Assembly (NCBI GenBank): GCA_965218295.1
Contig: CBDCKN010000009.1
Location: 32,001-96,000, forward strand
Direction: 5' to 3'
Length of the DNA stretch: 64,000 nucleotides
DNA from: Longimicrobiales bacterium
GTDB lineage: Bacteria > Gemmatimonadota > Gemmatimonadetes > Longimicrobiales > Gaopeijiaceae
Under the pieces are notes generated by a model. The model had not been told where the DNA came from. It saw nothing but the letters and a program-made list of their open reading frames with translations, and made no database searches. Below, piece after piece: positions 28,345-40,194 of this stretch. Numbering within the stretch: the stretch's first letter is position 1; every line of letters begins with the position of its first letter. The translations under genes and the position numbers were made by a program.

Positions 28345-29812
28345 GTGATTCGAGCGCTGTCGGCTTTGGCCGTGACCTTCGCCTTCCTCCTTCCCCTGAG
28401 TGCCCTCGCCGCCCAGGACTCCGGCCGGTGGGTTCCCACAGGATGGGAGATCTCTCCATTCGTAGGGGTCTTCGACGACCAACCGGAATTCCATCCGGAC
28501 GGCAGCAGCTCGGTCTTCGTCGACCCGGCCAAGAACATCTTCGGCGGAGGCCACGTGGCCTACAACTTCGCCTCGGGCCTCTTCGTGGATGCCGAGGGTG
28601 GATACTTCCCCCTGGACATGAGGCTGGAGACAGGAGGTGTGGTGGACCTGGACCTGGTGCTCGTCAGCGCTGGGGTGGGTTACAACGTCCCGCTCGGTGA
28701 GCGGATCCAGGCGTACGGCGTCGCCGGCCTGGGAGCTTCGAGCTGGAGCCCCGAGGGACTCGACTCCGAGACCGACCTCACGCTGACGTACGGCGGTGGG
28801 GTGCGGTTCTCGCTGACCCCAAGGATCGCGCTTCGGGCCGAGGCCCGAATGCACCAGGTCCCGGACGCGCTGGCGAACACCGCTGCCGCGCTGGCGGGCT
28901 CGGCGCTTTCCAAAGAGACGTTCTGGGGCTGGGGGTTCACGCTGGGCGCCTCCTTCTTCCTGAGTGGAAGTGGAAGCCAGGATTCCGACAGGGATGGTGT
29001 CGACGACAGCTCGGACGCCTGCCCCGACACACCCATGGGCGCCAGCGTAGATGCACGCGGCTGTGCGCTCGACTCGGATCGAGACGGCGTGGCTGACCAC
29101 GCGGACCAGTGTCCCTCCACTCCGGCCGGAGCCCGCGTTGACCGGGAACGGCTGCGCCACCGACGGGGACGATGACGGTGTGGCCGACGGTCTGGATCGC
29201 TGTCCGAGCACTCGGGCTGGGGCCCAGGTGGACGGGAACGGCTGCGCCACCGACGGCGACCGCGACGGAGTCCCCGACGGCCTCGACCGCTGCCCGAACA
29301 CCTGGGCCGGGGCTCGCGTAGACGGCGACGGATGCGCTTTGGACGGAGACCGAGATGGTGTGCCGGACGGCATCGACCGCTGCCCCGACACCGCGGCCGG
29401 CTCCGAGGTGGACGAGACCGGGTGCCCCGTGAGCGAGATCGAGCGGGAGCTCGAGGAAGAGGGACGCCTCACCTTCGGCGGCGTCAACTTCGCTAATGAC
29501 TCCGCGGAGCTCGAAGACGCGGCCAGCCCGATCCTCGAGGAAGTGGGAAGAGTTTTCACCTCCCGACCGGGCGAGCGCGTCCAGCTGACCGGACATACCG
29601 ATTCCACGGGGCCGGAGGCCTATAATCGGGCGCTGAGCCTGCGCCGGGCGCAGGCGGTGCGGGACTACCTGCTGGCCAACTTCCCGGGTCTCGACGCGGA
29701 ACGGTTCGAGGTCCAGGGCGCCGGCGAGTCCCAACCGGTCGCCGACAACGGCACCGAGGCCGGCCGGCGGCAGAACCGTCGGGTCGAGATCGTGCTCGGA
29801 GGTGCGCAGTAG
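28345..29812 (+). CDS. OmpA-family protein: beta-barrel, thrombospondin type-3 repeats and OmpA C-terminal domain (+1 frameshift at ~29143)
   Basis: Signal peptide, barrel, DxDxDGV repeats, GHTDSTG and NRRVEI. The extra C is visible by comparing gttgaccgggaac with the next repeat's gtggacgggaac. Confidence 0.88.
28978..29428 (+). repeat. Five ~90-bp coding tandem repeats (TSP3-like Ca-binding)
   Basis: Unit xDxDxDGVxDxxDxCPxTxxGxxVDxxGC occurs five times. Confidence 0.9.
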
Positions 29813-29932
29813 GTTCGTTCGAAAAAAAAGTGCAGCGAACCGCTCCGGGAGGAGGTAAATTGTCTCCCCCTGAGGCGGTATCGTCACCGCTCGGGTCATC
29901 GAATCCGCTTTCCGTGACGCCCGACGAGCCAC

Positions 29933-30259
29933 ATGCAGACTCTCTTCTTCTTGATCGCCGGCCACGCCCTGGCCGACTTCGCGTTCCAGTCGGAGGCCAT
30001 GGCGAGGGGGAAGCACCGGAGCTACCGGGCACCGCCCCCCGACACCGAGCACTTCCCCCACTGGTTTTACTGGCTGACCAGCCACTCCCTCATCCACGGA
30101 GGGACCGTCGCGCTGATCACCGGCGTCTGATGGCTGGGCGTAGCCGAGACCGTGCTCCACTGGTTCGTCGACTACGCCAAGTGCGAGGACTGGATCGGCT
30201 TCCACACCGACCAGGGGATCCATGTGGCGTCCAAGGTCCTCTGGTGGCTGCTGCTCTGA
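29933..30259 (+). pseudogene. DUF3307-like membrane protein with an in-frame TGA at 30128-30130
   Basis: GHALADFAFQ and HSLIHG; after the stop the frame continues with HWFVDYAK and DQGIH. Confidence 0.7.
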
Positions 30260-30551
30260 GCTGAGGCTAGTGCGGACCTGCCGACCCGATGGAGCGTGAT
30301 GAGCCCCGGATGGTACGGCCGAAAAGAGCGATCAGTCCTGTGAGCAGCAGTAGCCGCACTCGGTCTCTAGCAAAAGCGCCTGTCGGACGATAGCGCAGAT
30401 CTCGGAATCTTCCAGAGCCCCTCCGCCCAGTTTCTAGCAAAAGCCCCGACGCCCACGTAGATTTGCTGCGAACATGCCTTCGTCCCGTGTGGCCATGTTT
30501 GCCGCCTGGGGTGTGGGCGGAGCGGTAGAACCCATTAGACAGGAGGAAGAG

Positions 30552-31064
30552 ATGGCTGCCAAGCAGTTCACGATGGCCACTCTGGCCGGCGGGGTGGCTG
30601 CACTGGTCTTGGGCTACCTTTTCTACGGCCTGCTGTTGACGGACTTTTACGCCAGCAACACCGGGTCGGCCACAGGGGTCATGAAGGAGGTGCCCATCTG
30701 GTGGGCGCTGATCCTGGGACAAGTCCTCTTCGCGGCATTGCTCACCATGATTATGGACTGGCGAGGGGACTCCTCGGCGGGGGCCGGCTTGAAGACCGGC
30801 GCACTCGTAGGGCTAGTTCTGGGGCTCAGCTTCAACTTCACGTTCTACGGCACCGCGAACGTCGCGAATCTCACGGCCACCCTCGTCGATCCGATTGTTG
30901 CCGTGATCCAGACTGGCATCATGGGCGCGGTCATCGGCGCGGTCCTCGGGATGGGTAGCGCACCGGCGGTGGAGACGCCAGCCTCGACCGCTGAGCCCAC
31001 GCCGCCGCCGCCGCCACCGCCAGCCGCGGACGAGTACCCCGGAGAGCGATCAGCCGGGATATAG
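30552..31064 (+). CDS. Four-TM membrane protein with a Pro-rich tail (DUF1761-like)
   Basis: AGGAGG SD, four hydrophobic segments and a PPPPPP tail. Confidence 0.75.
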   Translation: MAAKQFTMATLAGGVAALVLGYLFYGLLLTDFYASNTGSATGVMKEVPIWWALILGQVLFAALLTMIMDWRGDSSAGAGLKTGALVGLVLGLSFNFTFYGTANVANLTATLVDPIVAVIQTGIMGAVIGAVLGMGSAPAVETPASTAEPTPPPPPPPAADEYPGERSAGI

Positions 31065-31150
31065 CCTTTCGTGGCGGCAGCAGGTCCCCGGGGCGCGGCG
31101 TCTAGAGAGCGTTCAAGGCGACGCCTAGCGTCGCGCCTCGAGGATCTGGT

Positions 31151-32727
<1,577 letters not shown>

Positions 32728-32794
32728 AGCAGTCGCGGATGACGCTCCTTGGGAGCGCCACCACACATCTATGAGATTCTAGCGGAGACCGGTT

Positions 32795-33121
32795 TTGTCT
32801 GAGGCCGCGTTGGCAGTGTTGATGGCTCCCCGGCAAGGGGCGGACGGCACGTTCGTGTTCTTCCTGAACATGACGGCGGTGATTCTCATCTTCTACTTCC
32901 TCCTCATCCGCCCGCAGCGCAAGGAGCGGGAGCACCACAAGGAGATGATCGCCGCCATCGCGAAGGGCGACGAGGTGGTGACGACGGGTGGGATCATCGG
33001 CACGGTGATCCGGGCGGAGGAGGATCGCCTGATCATCAAGACGGGCGGCGAGACCAAGATCACCATCGAGCGGAGCCGGATCGCCAGGAAAGTCACCGCG
33101 AACACCGGGGCAGGCTCCTGA
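32795..33121 (+). CDS. yajC: Preprotein translocase subunit YajC
   Basis: FYFLLIRPQ and GDEVVTTGGIIG; follows tgt. Confidence 0.95.
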   Translation: MSEAALAVLMAPRQGADGTFVFFLNMTAVILIFYFLLIRPQRKEREHHKEMIAAIAKGDEVVTTGGIIGTVIRAEEDRLIIKTGGETKITIERSRIARKVTANTGAGS

Positions 33122-33123
33122 GC

Positions 33124-33636
33124 GTGGCCATTCGGGACATCGTCCTTCTGGGCGAGGAGGTGCTCCGCACTCCCGGCGAGGAGATCGCCGACTTCGACGA
33201 CGACCTCCATGCGTTGGTGGAGGACATGTTCGAGACGATGTACCACGCCGAAGGAATCGGCCTGGCCGCTCCCCAGATCGGGGTGTCCCTGCGCCTGTGT
33301 GTCCTCGACGTCCCTCACGAGGACGCCCCCGAGTCGGGCCCGCTGGCCCTGGTGAACCCCGTCGTCTCGGAGGCCAGCAAGGAGACGGATAAGGCCCCCG
33401 AGGGCTGCTTGAGCATCCCGGGTCTCGAGGAGGTCGTCAGCCGTGCCGCGCAGGTGACGGTTAAGGGCTTCGATCCCCACGGCGAGCCCGTGGAGGTGCG
33501 GGCGGAGGGGCTCCTGGGACGGGCTCTCCAGCACGAGATCGATCACCTGAGCGGGATCCTCTTCATCGATCGTGTGAGCCCGCTCAAGCGCAAGATACTC
33601 CTCAAGAAGTGGAAGAAGATCCAGGAGGAGGAATAG
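33124..33636 (+). CDS. def: Peptide deformylase
   Basis: GIGLAAPQ, EGCLS and QHEIDH. Confidence 0.97.
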   Translation: MAIRDIVLLGEEVLRTPGEEIADFDDDLHALVEDMFETMYHAEGIGLAAPQIGVSLRLCVLDVPHEDAPESGPLALVNPVVSEASKETDKAPEGCLSIPGLEEVVSRAAQVTVKGFDPHGEPVEVRAEGLLGRALQHEIDHLSGILFIDRVSPLKRKILLKKWKKIQEEE

Positions 33637-33659
33637 AGGCCTGTGAGGACTAGCGGCCT

Positions 33660-34595
33660 GTGAAGATCCTCTTTTGGGGGACGCCGGCCTTCGCTGTCCC
33701 CTCGCTCCTCGCCTTGAGCGATGAAGGACACGACATCGTGGGGGTCGTCACCCAGCCCGACCGGCCGGCGGGTCGCGGTAGGCAGCTCAAGGCCTCGGCG
33801 GTGAAGGAGGCCGCCCTGGAGGAGGTCCTCACCGTTCTGGAGCCCGAATCGCCCAAGGTGGACGCCTTTCTGGAAGAGATATCCGGTCTGGGGGCGGATC
33901 TCTCGGTGGTGGTGGCCTACGGGCAGATCCTCGAGCGCGAGGTCCTGGACGTGCCCCCCATGGGCTCCCTGAACCTTCACGCCTCGCTGCTTCCGGCCCT
34001 CCGCGGCGCCGCGCCTATCAATTGGTCCATCGTGCGCGGCGGCACCGTCACGGGCGTGACCGTCATGCGCATGGTGGAGAAGATGGACACCGGCCCCATC
34101 CTCTTTCAGACCGAGGAGCCTATCGACCCCAGGGAGACCGCCTCGGAGCTCACGACGCGCCTCTCTGAGATCGGCGCCGCAGCCTTGGTGGAGGCGCTGG
34201 CCCTCCTGGAGGCCGGCGTCGTCGAGGAGGTGGAGCAGGAGGAGTCGGCGGCTACTTACGCGCCCAAGGTGGACCGGCAGACGGCCCGGATCGACTGGAC
34301 CGCATCGTGCTCGGACGTGGCCAATCTGATCCGGGGGATGGACGCCGTGCCGGGAGCCTGGTCCGAGCTCGGCGGAGGCCCAGTGAAGCTGTTCCGGCCC
34401 GAGGCCGAGCCGGATGTCACCGCCGAGGGGTCGCCGGGGACCATCGTGGACGCAGACCGGACTACGGGCTTGCTGGTGGCGGCCGGGGAGGGCGCCGTCC
34501 GGATCGGCGAGGTTCAGCCGGCGGGGAAGAGCCGCATGAAGGCCGGCGACTGGGTGCTGGGCCGGGGAGCGAGCGCCGGCCAGCGATTCGGGTGA
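33660..34595 (+). CDS. fmt: Methionyl-tRNA formyltransferase
   Basis: GTPAFA, TQPDRP and NLHASLLPALRGAAPI. Confidence 0.97.
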   Translation: MKILFWGTPAFAVPSLLALSDEGHDIVGVVTQPDRPAGRGRQLKASAVKEAALEEVLTVLEPESPKVDAFLEEISGLGADLSVVVAYGQILEREVLDVPPMGSLNLHASLLPALRGAAPINWSIVRGGTVTGVTVMRMVEKMDTGPILFQTEEPIDPRETASELTTRLSEIGAAALVEALALLEAGVVEEVEQEESAATYAPKVDRQTARIDWTASCSDVANLIRGMDAVPGAWSELGGGPVKLFRPEAEPDVTAEGSPGTIVDADRTTGLLVAAGEGAVRIGEVQPAGKSRMKAGDWVLGRGASAGQRFG

Positions 34596-35206
34596 TCCCC
34601 AGGCTTCACGTCGTCACCGACGACGGGGTGATTGCTCGGGAGGACTTTCGAGCCCGGGCGCTGGAGGTCCTGGAGGCCGGCGGTCCCATCGCCTTCCATG
34701 TTCGGGGACCCCACGCCACGGGCCGCCGTCTCGTGGAACTGGCCCAGGTGCTGCAGGATCCGGCCGCCTCCGCAGGCGCCACGCTCCTCGTGAACGACCG
34801 GGTCGACGTGGCCCTCTGTCTGGGGCTGGACGGTGCCCACCTGGGCCGCCGCTCCTTGCCACCTGCCGAGACGCGGGGGCTGCTGGGACCGGATCGCCTG
34901 ATGGGGGCCTCGGTGCACGGTCTGGAGGAGGCGGCGGAGGCCGCTCGAGGCGGTGCGGACTTCCTCTTCGTAGGAGCCCTTTGGGCGACTCCGTCCCACC
35001 CCGACGAAACTCCGGCGGGGCTGCAGCTGATCCGCGACGTGGGAGTGGCCGTCTCCGTGCCACTTCTGGGGATCGGGGGAGTAACGCCCGAGCGGGTGCC
35101 GCCGATCCTCGAGGCTGGAGGGCACGGCGCGGCCGTCATCAGCGGAATCTGGAATGCCCCCTCTTCAGGCGACGCGGTGCAGGCTTATCTTCAGGCCCTG
35201 GGGTAG
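34592..35206 (+). CDS. thiE: Thiamine phosphate synthase (ThiE/TenI family)
   Basis: VNDRVDVA, GAHLG, GASVH, TPSH and IGGVT; GTG overlaps the fmt stop. Lacks the canonical QLREK, so it may be TenI-like. Confidence 0.8.
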   Translation: MIPRLHVVTDDGVIAREDFRARALEVLEAGGPIAFHVRGPHATGRRLVELAQVLQDPAASAGATLLVNDRVDVALCLGLDGAHLGRRSLPPAETRGLLGPDRLMGASVHGLEEAAEAARGGADFLFVGALWATPSHPDETPAGLQLIRDVGVAVSVPLLGIGGVTPERVPPILEAGGHGAAVISGIWNAPSSGDAVQAYLQALG

Positions 35207-35272
35207 CAAGAAACCGGTGGGGTAGCAAAAAACGACGCCAGGGCGAAAGCGACCGTAACCAGCGAGCAGACC

Positions 35273-35491
35273 ATGAGTGAAGGGCAGACCATCCAAGTGC
35301 GCCTCAACGGCAAGGACCGGGAGATCGATTCGGGCCTCTCCGTTCAGGAGCTCGTCGAGTCCCTGGAGCTCAACCCCAGGCTCATCGTCGTGGAGCTGAA
35401 TAGGGAGATCCTCAGCCGGGACTGTTTCGGCGAGATTCAGGTCTCCGAGGGAGATCAGGTGGAGCTGGTCCACTTCGTGGGCGGAGGCTAG
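35273..35491 (+). CDS. thiS: Sulfur carrier protein ThiS
   Basis: C-terminal ELVHFVGGG. Confidence 0.95.
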   Translation: MSEGQTIQVRLNGKDREIDSGLSVQELVESLELNPRLIVVELNREILSRDCFGEIQVSEGDQVELVHFVGGG

Positions 35492-35500
35492 AGGAACGAG

Positions 35501-36316
35501 ATGATACCGACCGATACAGAGGCACAGGCGGAGGCCGCGGCGATCGACGATCCGCTGCGCATGGCGGATCAGGAGTTCGACTCCCGCCTGATTGTCGGGA
35601 CTGGGAAATACCCCGACAACGACACCATGGTGAAGGCCATCCGGGCGTCGGGGACGGCCATGGTCACCGTGGCGGTTCGCCGCGTCGACCTGGACCGCAC
35701 CAAGGAGGAGGGCATCCTCTTTCACCTGGATCCGGACGAGTTCTTCCTCCTCCCCAACACCGCCGGGTGCTACACGGCCGAGGACGCCATCCGCTACGCC
35801 CGACTGGCCCGGGCAGCGGGCTTCAACGAGTGGCTGAAGCTCGAGGTGATCGGAGACCAGGAGACGCTTCTGCCCGACACGCAGGCCACGCTGGAAGCCG
35901 CCAAGACACTGGTGGACGAAGGCTTCAAGGTCATGGCCTACACCAACGACGACGTGGTCACGGCACTCCGGCTGGAGGATGCCGGCTGCGTATCGGTCAT
36001 GCCCCTTGCCAGTCCCATCGGCAGCGGGTTGGGCGTGGTGAACCTGTACTTCATCCGTGAGATCAAGCGGCGCTGCGACGTTCCCATCATCGTCGACGCC
36101 GGCGTAGGCACCGCGTCCGATGCCTGCGTCACCATGGAGCAGGGGGTGGACGGGGTCCTGATGAACACGGCCATCGCCACGGCCGACCATCCAGTCGCCA
36201 TGGCCCACGCCATGAGGCTGGCCATCCAGGCGGGCCGGCTGGCGTATCTCGCGGGCCGTATGGAGGCCAAGGAGATCGCCATTCCGTCGTCGCCGACCCG
36301 GGGGATGCTGGACTGA
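35501..36316 (+). CDS. thiG: Thiazole synthase
   Basis: SRLIVGTGKY, LPNTAGC, KLEVIGD, MPLASPIGSG and VDAGVG. Confidence 0.97.
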   Translation: MIPTDTEAQAEAAAIDDPLRMADQEFDSRLIVGTGKYPDNDTMVKAIRASGTAMVTVAVRRVDLDRTKEEGILFHLDPDEFFLLPNTAGCYTAEDAIRYARLARAAGFNEWLKLEVIGDQETLLPDTQATLEAAKTLVDEGFKVMAYTNDDVVTALRLEDAGCVSVMPLASPIGSGLGVVNLYFIREIKRRCDVPIIVDAGVGTASDACVTMEQGVDGVLMNTAIATADHPVAMAHAMRLAIQAGRLAYLAGRMEAKEIAIPSSPTRGMLD

Positions 36317-36324
36317 GCTCGCCC

Positions 36325-36365
36325 TCCGACGCCCAGACCGCTTCCGACACCCAGACCGCTTCCGA
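36325..36365 (+). repeat. 18-bp tandem duplication between thiG and rsmB
   Basis: tccgacgcccagaccgct / tccgacacccagaccgct / tccga. Confidence 0.85.
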
Positions 36366-36368
36366 GCC

Positions 36369-37743
36369 GTGACGTCCCCCAGATCCGGGGCAGGGGTGAC
36401 GCTGGGCCGGCGGGCCGCCCTGGAGATCCTCGGAGCGGTCGAGCGCGGTCAACGGTTGGACCGGGCCTTCGCCGCTTCGTCCCGCGCCCTCGACCCCCGG
36501 GAGCGCGGCTGGTGCCGCGAGCTGGCGTACGGTGTTCAGAGGCTTCGCGGCCGTCTAGATCATCTGCTGGACCGGAAGGTTCAGAGGGGCCTCGATTCCG
36601 TGGATCCCGCCGTGCGGGACGCCCTCCGCCTGGGTCTGTATCAGATCCTCTACATGGACGGCGTGCCGGAGTACGCCGCCGTGTCGCAGGCGGTGGACTT
36701 GGCCCGCTCGGCTGGGGGCAAGGGTGTGGCGGGCTTCGTGAATGCCGTCCTTCGGGCCGCCGCCGGCGAGGGTGGGGGCGAAGAGCACTTCCCGGATGCG
36801 GAAGCCGATCCGGCGGGGTTCCTGTCCACCTGGGGATCCCACCCCCGGTGGCTCGTGGAGCGCTGGCTCGGGCGGTGGTCCCCGGCAGAGGTCTGGCGCC
36901 TCGTCCAAGCGAACAACGCGGTGCCCCCCATCTATCTGCGGTGTCTCCGGGACACTCCCGAGGAGGCCGTGGAACTCCTGGCCGGTGCCGGTATCGAGGC
37001 CGAGCCGGTGGGTTCTGGCACGGGATGTGTAGTGCTCCTCGGGGAATCCCCCCCCGTGGAGGCCATGGCAGCGGTCCCGTCGGTGGTGCAGGATCCGGCG
37101 GCCGCCCTGGTGGCACCGTACGCGGATCCGGAGCCCGGAGATCTGGTGGCCGACCTGTGCGCGGCGCCCGGCGGGAAGGCCATGGCCCTGGCCGCCCGGG
37201 GGAATGTGGTGCTGGCGGCGGACCGGTCCCTGGAGCGCCTGCGGTTGGTACGGGAGAATGCGGAAAGGCTCGCCGAAGGGCCTTGGGAGAGTCTCGGCTT
37301 CAGGGTGTCCGTCGTGCAGGCGGACGCCCTGGCCCCCATTGTGGAGGGTGCCGACATGGCTCTGCTCGACGTGCCGTGTACAGGGACCGGCACGCTCCGG
37401 AGGAATCCGGACGCACGCTGGAAGCTCACTCCCGAGCGGCTGAAGGAGCTGGTGGCGCTTCAGGAGCACATCCTGGAGGCGTGCACGAGCGTAGTACCGA
37501 GCGGGGGCTGTCTGGTGTACTCAACGTGCAGCCTGGAGCCGGAGGAGAACGAAGATCGGATTTCCGCTTTTCTGGAGCGGCATCCGGAGTTCGAACTGGA
37601 GCCGAGCTCGGGCGTGAGCGAGTCGTATCTGGACGAGCGAGGACAGCTTTACGTCCTGCCCCAGGACTCCGGGTTCGACGGCGCGTTCGCGGCCCGACTG
37701 AGAAAGCGTAGCGGCAGCGATGAGGCTAGACCGGCAGGAATGA
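36369..37743 (+). CDS. rsmB: 16S rRNA m5C967 methyltransferase RsmB (probable +1 indel near 37707 joins it to the next gene)
   Basis: NusB-like N-terminus (GFVNAVLR), DLCAAPGGK, DVPCTGTG and YSTCS. A TGA at 37741-37743 would overlap the next ATG (ATGA). Confidence 0.9.
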
Positions 37744-38561
37744 GACTAGGCAGCTCCATTCGACGAAGACGCCTTCGGGCGACCCTCGAGACGTGGTGGC
37801 ACAACGTGCGGAGCTACAGACCTTCGCGCGGCACGTGGGGCGTGGTGGCCTCCACGCTGCTCGTGGGATTCGGGCTCGGCTACGTCATGGCCACGCGGGT
37901 CCTCTTCCCGGTCCCCCCGCGCCCCCGGGACCTCTTCGAGATCCCCGACGTGCGTGGCGTCGATCGCGCGGCCGCCCTGCAGACGGTTCAGGCCGGGGGG
38001 CTACACATGGCGGTGGTGGACTCGTTCAGCCACCCCACGGCGGTCAGAGGCCAAGTTCTTGGCCAGAGCCCTCTGGCCGGTCAGCTCTCCCTGGCCGGAG
38101 ACACCGTCAACCTCACGCTGAGCCTGGGCCCCGTGCGGCGACCGGTGCCCGACGTCGTCCGTCTCAGGGAGGGCTCGGCCCGCAACGTGCTGGAGGCGAG
38201 TGGGTTCACGGTGGCGGTGGACAGCCTGGAGGCCGATCTGCCGGCCGGCCGGGTCGTGGAAGTTCTCCCCGAGCCGGGCACGGAAGTGGATCTGCCCATG
38301 GAGGTCAGGATCGCGGTGAGCACCGGGCCACCCCTGGTGGCCATGCCTCTGCTCCTGGGAATCGAGCAGACCACGGCCGAAGCGATGCTGGACTCGTTGG
38401 GGTTCGTGGTGTCGGAGATACTCACCCGATTCCGCTTCGGCCGCGACAGGGGGCGGGTCGTCGAGCAGGACCCCCAGGCGGACAGCCTGCTGCCCCCGGG
38501 AAGCCCCGTTCGTCTGGTCATCGGGCGGCGCTCCAACAGGCGCAGGAACCGTAGGAACTAA
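37740..38561 (+). CDS. PASTA-domain membrane protein (three PASTA repeats)
   Basis: TM helix followed by IPDVRG, VPDVVR and MPLLLG repeats. Confidence 0.85.
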   Translation: MRLGSSIRRRRLRATLETWWHNVRSYRPSRGTWGVVASTLLVGFGLGYVMATRVLFPVPPRPRDLFEIPDVRGVDRAAALQTVQAGGLHMAVVDSFSHPTAVRGQVLGQSPLAGQLSLAGDTVNLTLSLGPVRRPVPDVVRLREGSARNVLEASGFTVAVDSLEADLPAGRVVEVLPEPGTEVDLPMEVRIAVSTGPPLVAMPLLLGIEQTTAEAMLDSLGFVVSEILTRFRFGRDRGRVVEQDPQADSLLPPGSPVRLVIGRRSNRRRNRRN

Positions 38562-38608
38562 TTAGATTCACTGCCGTAGCAGATGACAGACCTCAGGCCA
38601 GTGATGAC

Positions 38609-39190
38609 ATGACCTCGGACGACACTCGAAAGCCGAGATACTCCCGCCTCCCTTACGCTTTCGCCCTTTTGGGCGTGGCTCTCGTGGTGCTCGTAGCGTG
38701 GGTCAATCGGGATCGGCTCCAACCCGTGATCCCCGGCACTCCTGCACCCGAGTTCGCGGTGGCCGATCTGGACGGCGATATCGTCCGCCTGAGCGACCAT
38801 CGAGGCCACGTCGTCATGGTGAGCATCTGGGCGACCTGGTGCGGTCCCTGCCGGTACGAGATGCCCTCCATGGAGCGCCTCTACAACGAGTTCGCCGACG
38901 AGGGCTTGGAGATCCTGGCCGTGAGCATCGACGCCGAGACCGGGACCTTCGATCTGTTCGGACGCCCCGGGGGCGACATTCAGGCGTTCGCCGATTCTTT
39001 GGGTCTGACGTTCCCATTGCTCCACGATCCCTCTGGTGGCATCCAGCAGGTGTACCAGACCACCGGAGTGCCCGAGACCTTCCTGGTCGGCAGGGACGGG
39101 ATCATCTACAAGAAAGTGGCCGGTGGGACCGAATGGGATGCGCCCGATCATCAGGAGCTGATCCGGCGGCTCTTGGCGGCAACGGAGTGA
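38609..39190 (+). CDS. TlpA/ResA-like thiol-disulfide oxidoreductase
   Basis: N-terminal TM, WATWCGPC and GVPET. Confidence 0.92.
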   Translation: MTSDDTRKPRYSRLPYAFALLGVALVVLVAWVNRDRLQPVIPGTPAPEFAVADLDGDIVRLSDHRGHVVMVSIWATWCGPCRYEMPSMERLYNEFADEGLEILAVSIDAETGTFDLFGRPGGDIQAFADSLGLTFPLLHDPSGGIQQVYQTTGVPETFLVGRDGIIYKKVAGGTEWDAPDHQELIRRLLAATE

Positions 39191-39222
39191 CTCACCGCCC
39201 AACTCCGACGATCGGCTAGGTC

Positions 39223-40194
39223 GTGAGATCCCGTTCCTTCGACAGATCACTCGCCAGCAACTGGCGGCTCAAGGTGGCGGCTCTTGCCATGGCTCTCTTC
39301 CTTTGGGCTCTGGTTCGCGTGGGAGCGCCCGACCAGCGGGCTGTCTCCATCCCGATCAACGTCAGGCTGAACGATCCCGATTGGATCCTCATGGACGATC
39401 CGGTACCCTCAAGCGTCCAGGTGCGATTCAGCGGTCCGCCGACGGAGGTCTTTCGCCTCACGGCCCTCGACGGCGTCTCCATCACCGTGCCCGTCACCGA
39501 GGTCGCTGGCGAGGAGATGGTCATCGCTCTTCAGAACGGGTGGATTCCCGTAGACGGCTACCCAGGTGTCACGGTGGAGGAGATACTCCCGAGCACGGTG
39601 CACCTACACCTCGATCACGTCGAGACGGCTTCGGTTCCGGTTCGCATCACCACCCGAGGCAGCCTTCCGGAGCATCTGGCTTTGATCCGGTCCTTATCCG
39701 TCACGCCGAGCGCGGTGCGGGTCAGCGGGCCCGCAAGTCTGGTGCGGCAGCTGGATTCGCTGGACATCGTTCCCGTGGATCTGGGTCAGGTGGACGAGCG
39801 GGGTGCCGTTCAGACTACCGTCGACACCACGGGGCTGGCCCGCCTGACGGTGATCCCTGTGGGAATCACCCTGAGGATACCCGTCGAGGAGTCCATCGAC
39901 CGGGTGCTGACGTCCGTTCCCGTGTTGGCCGACATCGGGGCCGAGTTCGAAGAGGCGGGCGGTACGGTGGAAATCCTTCCCGCCACGGTACGACTCACAC
40001 TCAGGGGCGCGCGGACGCAGGTCACGAATCTGGACCCACGTCGCCTGCGGGTCATCGTGCCGTCTTCCGAGCTTCTGGGCTTGGGCGAGACCGAGGAGCG
40101 GAGGGTGCCCATCGTCGTGGAGGGCCTCCCCTCGTATATGTCCGTCTCGTCGGCGGTGGACACCGTGGTGGTCCGCCGGCAGACGGAGCCATGA
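39223..40194 (+). CDS. YbbR/CdaR-like protein
   Basis: NWRLKVAALAMALFLW anchor; repeated P..V.V.GP YbbR modules. Confidence 0.8.
   Translation: MRSRSFDRSLASNWRLKVAALAMALFLWALVRVGAPDQRAVSIPINVRLNDPDWILMDDPVPSSVQVRFSGPPTEVFRLTALDGVSITVPVTEVAGEEMVIALQNGWIPVDGYPGVTVEEILPSTVHLHLDHVETASVPVRITTRGSLPEHLALIRSLSVTPSAVRVSGPASLVRQLDSLDIVPVDLGQVDERGAVQTTVDTTGLARLTVIPVGITLRIPVEESIDRVLTSVPVLADIGAEFEEAGGTVEILPATVRLTLRGARTQVTNLDPRRLRVIVPSSELLGLGETEERRVPIVVEGLPSYMSVSSAVDTVVVRRQTEP

Noticed and set aside
28978..29428. Regularly spaced repeats as a CRISPR array
   Set aside because: They are in-frame TSP3 protein repeats that vary at synonymous positions; there are no unique spacers and no cas genes.
30128..30130. 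Selenocysteine or recoded TGA
   Set aside because: The context is a Trp-rich membrane segment, not a redox Cys position. No SECIS-like hairpin was recognised, and TGA is a normal stop throughout the window.
30296..30330. Hammerhead-like GTGATGAG...CGAAA
   Set aside because: The core starts with G rather than C, stem II is out of register, and there are no convincing stems I and III.
36369..38561. Apparent 730-aa RsmB-PASTA fusion
   Set aside because: Removing one base near 37707 ends RsmB at TGA 37741-37743, overlapping the PASTA ATG in a standard ATGA junction. An indel is more likely than a true fusion.
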